Notes under the pieces: model-generated
Database searches by the model: none
Told to the model about the DNA's origin: nothing
The model's input: the letters and a program-made list of their open reading frames with translations, nothing else
In this document: positions 60,243 to 64,000 of the stretch, in pieces
How the letters are laid out: every line of letters begins with the position of its first letter
Numbering within the stretch: position 1 is the stretch's first letter
Translations under genes and position numbers: made by a program
Origin: Candidatus Methanomethylophilaceae archaeon
GTDB taxonomy: Archaea; Thermoplasmatota; Thermoplasmata; Methanomassiliicoccales; Methanomethylophilaceae
Assembly (NCBI GenBank): GCA_050950505.1
Contig: JBMNHS010000001.1
Coordinates: 288,001 to 352,000 of the forward strand
DNA: 64,000 nucleotides
Direction of reading: 5' to 3'

Positions 60243-63200
60243 CACTTTCTTCGTGTGAACACCCCCCTCTTGGAACCTGTCCATACAACCAGCACAATCA
60301 TGATCACGCTCAGTACGGTGAACACCCAGAATATGGGCTGCATCGCATTGCCTGTGTGGTACACGTTGTTTCCTTCAACGGACAGCTTCGAGCTCAGTTT
60401 GATTTCTTCGTGAACGAGATCCAAAGTCGCACCGCCGTTCAATTCGATGTCCGGCGTGATCACGTCGATTCCAACGGATATGTCCGGAACGTCCTGCAAA
60501 CCGCCTACGGAATTCATGAGTTTCACATAAAGTACCGTCTTGGTGTTGCTGGCCAACGTCAATTCGTTGTCCGGCGAATCAGAGGTGAGCAGATATCTTC
60601 CCATTTCGTCGGATACGGCATATATCCAATCGTCTCCGGGATCGGACAGCAGGTCGAGTTTGACTTTCACTGTGCCGTTGTCGTAATTTCTGAAGGTTAT
60701 GGCGTACATGTACTCATTGTCCGTTATCAGATCGGGGGATGCCCCGCTTTCGGCGGACACGATTACGTCCACCTTTTTCTTCGGGTTGTCTGAGGGCATG
60801 TATATATCGAATATCTCGCCGGTCGCAACCGTCTTGCCTTCCAGACTTACCAATGAAACTTTCATCTTGGCATCCCTGTCGTCCACGTTGGTGGGGCTGA
60901 ACACACCGTTGATTGAGATTGTTTGGGGCGTGCTTCCGTTCAACGTGACCACGTAGGATTTGTCAAGTTTCCAGGGACCGACGGCTTTTACCGCATAGGT
61001 CGTCTCGCCTTCGGCATCATCCTCAGGGTTGACCGTGAGTTCGAATTGGAATTCGTTCCCGTTGATAATGGGGGTGTTTGTGGTGATTTCCAGTTCGTCG
61101 GATATTTTGACAATCGCACCGTCACCGCTCAGATAAGCGTTGGTGGTGACCGATGTTTTCTCCTCGTCTTCCAGATCGTCGGGTATGTTTACGGTGAAAC
61201 TGCCCGCGTATCCGTAAGTGTACTCCGAACCCGTGGGTTTGTACTTCAACTCGACGTCAATTTCGGCGGAAGAGGCAATCTTCGGCACATCGACGGAATA
61301 GGAACCGTCTTTGACTTTGGTGAACAGCTCAATTCCTCCGATTTCAATCGTTGCCAGACCGTTTCCGCTTACACCCAGATATCCTTTGAGGGTAATCTTG
61401 TCTTTAAGATCGAATTCGACTTTGTCGTCTGCCGGGACATCAATCATCATGTAGGATATCTTGTCCCCCTCGGTGGCCTTGAACAGATACGTTCCTTCGG
61501 TCATCAGGTACACCAGGTCGCCGTCCTTTTCAAACTGGACCTTGAAGTACTCCGCGTCCTCGCAATCCGGATGGATTTCCACGGATACCGTGGAATTTTC
61601 GGGTTTGTCCACTTCCACGGGACGGAGGAGTTCCGTCACTTCCGTGTCGGGTTCCGTGAAGAACACGGACTGTCCGAAGTACACCTTCACTTTGCTGTAG
61701 GTGTATTCAGTTCCGTTCAGTTCCACCAAGTAGTATGTGCCCGGAGTGACTTTTACATCGGTCTTGTCGCCGTAATTGGGCGTTTTATCGGTCTTGGAGG
61801 ACCACAGCCACATGTCCGTCAGATCATCGAACTCGGGAACGGGTATGTCTTTGCCCGCGACTTTCAGTTCCGCGGATGTGCCGGTGGTTGCGTCCTTGGA
61901 AAGGTCTTCCCAACTCAGGACGCCGATTTCTCCTTCCGCCACGGATACCGTGACGTTCGAACTCTTCGGTACGGTTACCGAAGCTCCTCCGGATGCGTCG
62001 GTGGTTGCGTAAACGGTGTATTCTTTACCGTCGTGCTCCACTTTCAGGGTAACATTAACGAAAGGTACCCCTTTCGTACCGTCGGCAAGGGAACTGTATG
62101 TGAATTTGGTCTTCAGCGTGCGGCCGTCATCGGTCTTGAACACCGTGGGCTCCTCCGATGTCGTCGCCGGCACGTTCACATCGTTTTCAATGAGAACCGT
62201 CCCATTCTTGCCGATGACATGCACAGTGTAATCTCCCGCGGGGAGTTTGGCGGTGACTTTTCCTTCCTCGTCGGAAGCGTATGTGAAAGTCGTTCCGCCT
62301 GCACCGTAGAATGTAATCGAACCTGCGATTTCCGTGTCAGACTTGGATTTGATTACCGCATTGAAGGTGACGGTATCCGCATAATCCGTGAAGACGGGGT
62401 TGCCTTTCTCATCAAAGGTGACGGTTCTGACCTTGTCGGTATCCAGGTCAAAGAGCGTGTAAGTGACATCGCCGAAATCGGGCAGATAAACCTTATCTTG
62501 GCCGTAGGACGAGTATCCCGGGGCCATGACCGCTGTGTTTCCGGCAATCGGATCCGCCGTGCTGAACACCGTGATGTTCGTCGAAGTGGAAGTTCCTTTC
62601 ACTTTCACGTCGGAAGAGGTGCTTACCTTGTCTTTGATGTGCACGATGTACTCACCGACGTTTGCAATGTCATCGCTGCTGGGCAGCAGTTTGAATTCCG
62701 CAAGGCCGTTTTCATCGGTGATTCCGTTGATGACCGAGCCGTCATACTTGTTCTGGACCACCACCGTTTCATTCTCCACAGGGGCGCCGTAGATGTCTTT
62801 CACGGTGACTTTCAGCGTGGACGAGAGATCGAAATCGACTCCGGAATTGGATCCGGGATACGCCGTTATGGACAGACTGTCGATTTCCTTTCCGTTCAGT
62901 CTGAGGGTCACGGTGTATTTGCCCGGAGCTATGTCGTTGAATGTGTATTCTCCGCCGGATACGTCTACATAATGTTTCTCGCCGGAGTATCCGTTCAGCA
63001 GTTCGACGGTCAGATCCCCGATTTCGCCTTCGACCGAACCTGTTACGGTGGATGCGTCCAAATCAAAGTTCGGATTGTCGCTTGCGTTGTATTGCAGATC
63101 GGTTCCGCCGACGGTCTTTTCCGTCGCGATGAAAATCCTGAATTCGTAATCGTTGGAATTCACGGGAACCAGAACGGAGTAGTTGCCGTCCTCGTCGGTA

Positions 63201-64000
63201 AACGCAGTGGAACGCTGGACGAGAATTCCGTTGGGGTCCTTTTCGAACACGGCGACTTTCGCTCCCTCAAGAGCCGTACCGTCGAAGGTGACCTGTCCGG
63301 TCTCCGTCTCATAGTTGTCGGAAACCTTCATCACAATCAGACTTGAGAAGTAATTGATCAATCCGCCTTCTTTCTTTTGTTTGTCCACGGCTTTGTAACC
63401 GTCCATGTACACCCATCCGTCGTCTGAGAATCCCGCGTCTTCGTTCGGGTTGTATTTGACCTGCCAGTAGTCGACTTCGAATCCGCCGAGGCCGAGACCG
63501 GGGGCTGCGGCCACGGAACCGTCGCTGGAAAGAAGAGACAGTACGGCACTGTAATTGATTCCGGTTTCATCGTTGATTCCCATCATGGCCTTCCATATGA
63601 AAGATTCGAACATTGCGTCCATATAATCTATGATGTAACTGTATTCGTAATACTTGGAAACGCTTCCGTCAGAATTTATGGCGTAATCGTTGAGATATGC
63701 CAATGTGGAGAACATAGTTCCGTCTCCCTTGTACATGGGAAGCATGCTCGCGTTGAGAACAACGTAAGTTATCGCTCCGTCGCTCCTTTCGCGGACTCCT
63801 TTGTAAACTTCATGTATATCCGCTTCGGTCATTTCGGACGTCATCAAACGGACGGATGCGAGATAAACCGCGTTTTCTTCATCCAAATCCGAACCCAGCC
63901 CGGGATAGGCTTCCTGATCCCCGAGCACATCTTTCTTGGTCTCCGACGGGTTGTCGATTATCTTCTTCAGACCTTCGACCAAATCGTCGTCCATCAGATC
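60242..64000 (-). CDS. 3' part of a giant membrane-anchored surface protein, probably AglB/STT3-like with tandem carboxypeptidase-regulatory-like beta domains (5' partial)
   Basis: >1250 aa open to the window edge; repeated TDxxGxY, GxYTV and GxV/I modules; C-terminal TM plus basic tail; first ~220 aa recall the STT3 soluble domain; WWD motif not visible in the window. Confidence 0.6.
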   Translation of the reverse strand, partial: DLMDDDLVEGLKKIIDNPSETKKDVLGDQEAYPGLGSDLDEENAVYLASVRLMTSEMTEADIHEVYKGVRERSDGAITYVVLNASMLPMYKGDGTMFSTLAYLNDYAINSDGSVSKYYEYSYIIDYMDAMFESFIWKAMMGINDETGINYSAVLSLLSSDGSVAAAPGLGLGGFEVDYWQVKYNPNEDAGFSDDGWVYMDGYKAVDKQKKEGGLINYFSSLIVMKVSDNYETETGQVTFDGTALEGAKVAVFEKDPNGILVQRSTAFTDEDGNYSVLVPVNSNDYEFRIFIATEKTVGGTDLQYNASDNPNFDLDASTVTGSVEGEIGDLTVELLNGYSGEKHYVDVSGGEYTFNDIAPGKYTVTLRLNGKEIDSLSITAYPGSNSGVDFDLSSTLKVTVKDIYGAPVENETVVVQNKYDGSVINGITDENGLAEFKLLPSSDDIANVGEYIVHIKDKVSTSSDVKVKGTSTSTNITVFSTADPIAGNTAVMAPGYSSYGQDKVYLPDFGDVTYTLFDLDTDKVRTVTFDEKGNPVFTDYADTVTFNAVIKSKSDTEIAGSITFYGAGGTTFTYASDEEGKVTAKLPAGDYTVHVIGKNGTVLIENDVNVPATTSEEPTVFKTDDGRTLKTKFTYSSLADGTKGVPFVNVTLKVEHDGKEYTVYATTDASGGASVTVPKSSNVTVSVAEGEIGVLSWEDLSKDATTGTSAELKVAGKDIPVPEFDDLTDMWLWSSKTDKTPNYGDKTDVKVTPGTYYLVELNGTEYTYSKVKVYFGQSVFFTEPDTEVTELLRPVEVDKPENSTVSVEIHPDCEDAEYFKVQFEKDGDLVYLMTEGTYLFKATEGDKISYMMIDVPADDKVEFDLKDKITLKGYLGVSGNGLATIEIGGIELFTKVKDGSYSVDVPKIASSAEIDVELKYKPTGSEYTYGYAGSFTVNIPDDLEDEEKTSVTTNAYLSGDGAIVKISDELEITTNTPIINGNEFQFELTVNPEDDAEGETTYAVKAVGPWKLDKSYVVTLNGSTPQTISINGVFSPTNVDDRDAKMKVSLVSLEGKTVATGEIFDIYMPSDNPKKKVDVIVSAESGASPDLITDNEYMYAITFRNYDNGTVKVKLDLLSDPGDDWIYAVSDEMGRYLLTSDSPDNELTLASNTKTVLYVKLMNSVGGLQDVPDISVGIDVITPDIELNGGATLDLVHEEIKLSSKLSVEGNNVYHTGNAMQPIFWVFTVLSVIMIVLVVWTGSKRGVFTRRK

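Noticed and set aside
60923-63346. 807-aa plus-strand ORF
   Set aside because: Antisense shadow of the large surface protein
1-64000. CRISPR arrays, rRNA, IS elements, inteins and tRNA introns
   Set aside because: Looked for them by eye and found none

Overview
Gene-dense archaeal chromosome segment. Archaeal informational genes (L21e, L15e, S15, S17e, Rpo4, aIF-1A, fibrillarin, Kae1, GatDE, PolB, thermosome) sit alongside bacterial-type DnaK/DnaJ/GrpE, PurN, ThyX and Apt plus HypB/HypE. This combination points to Thermoplasmatota, most likely Methanomassiliicoccales (inference). I call about 60 CDS and 7 intron-less tRNAs, and I saw no rRNA, CRISPR array, transposase or integrase. None of the called CDS ends in TAG, which is consistent with amber avoidance in a pyrrolysine-coding lineage. 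Most of the window is housekeeping. The one accessory stretch is about 40.0-43.75 kb, between the thermosome promoter and tRNA-Arg(TCG). It holds an uncharacterised helical protein, a promoter-preceded ~175-nt rod-like structured RNA candidate, a bacterial-type apt, and an AT-rich frameshifted DUF3800-like gene preceded by a 44-nt CCA-ended tRNA-like hairpin. Other points of interest are a ThiI-like and a HAD-like protein with degenerate catalytic motifs, an AGCS transporter with altered site motifs, and the 3' part of a giant AglB-like surface protein. All family calls come from motif recognition by eye; no searches were run.
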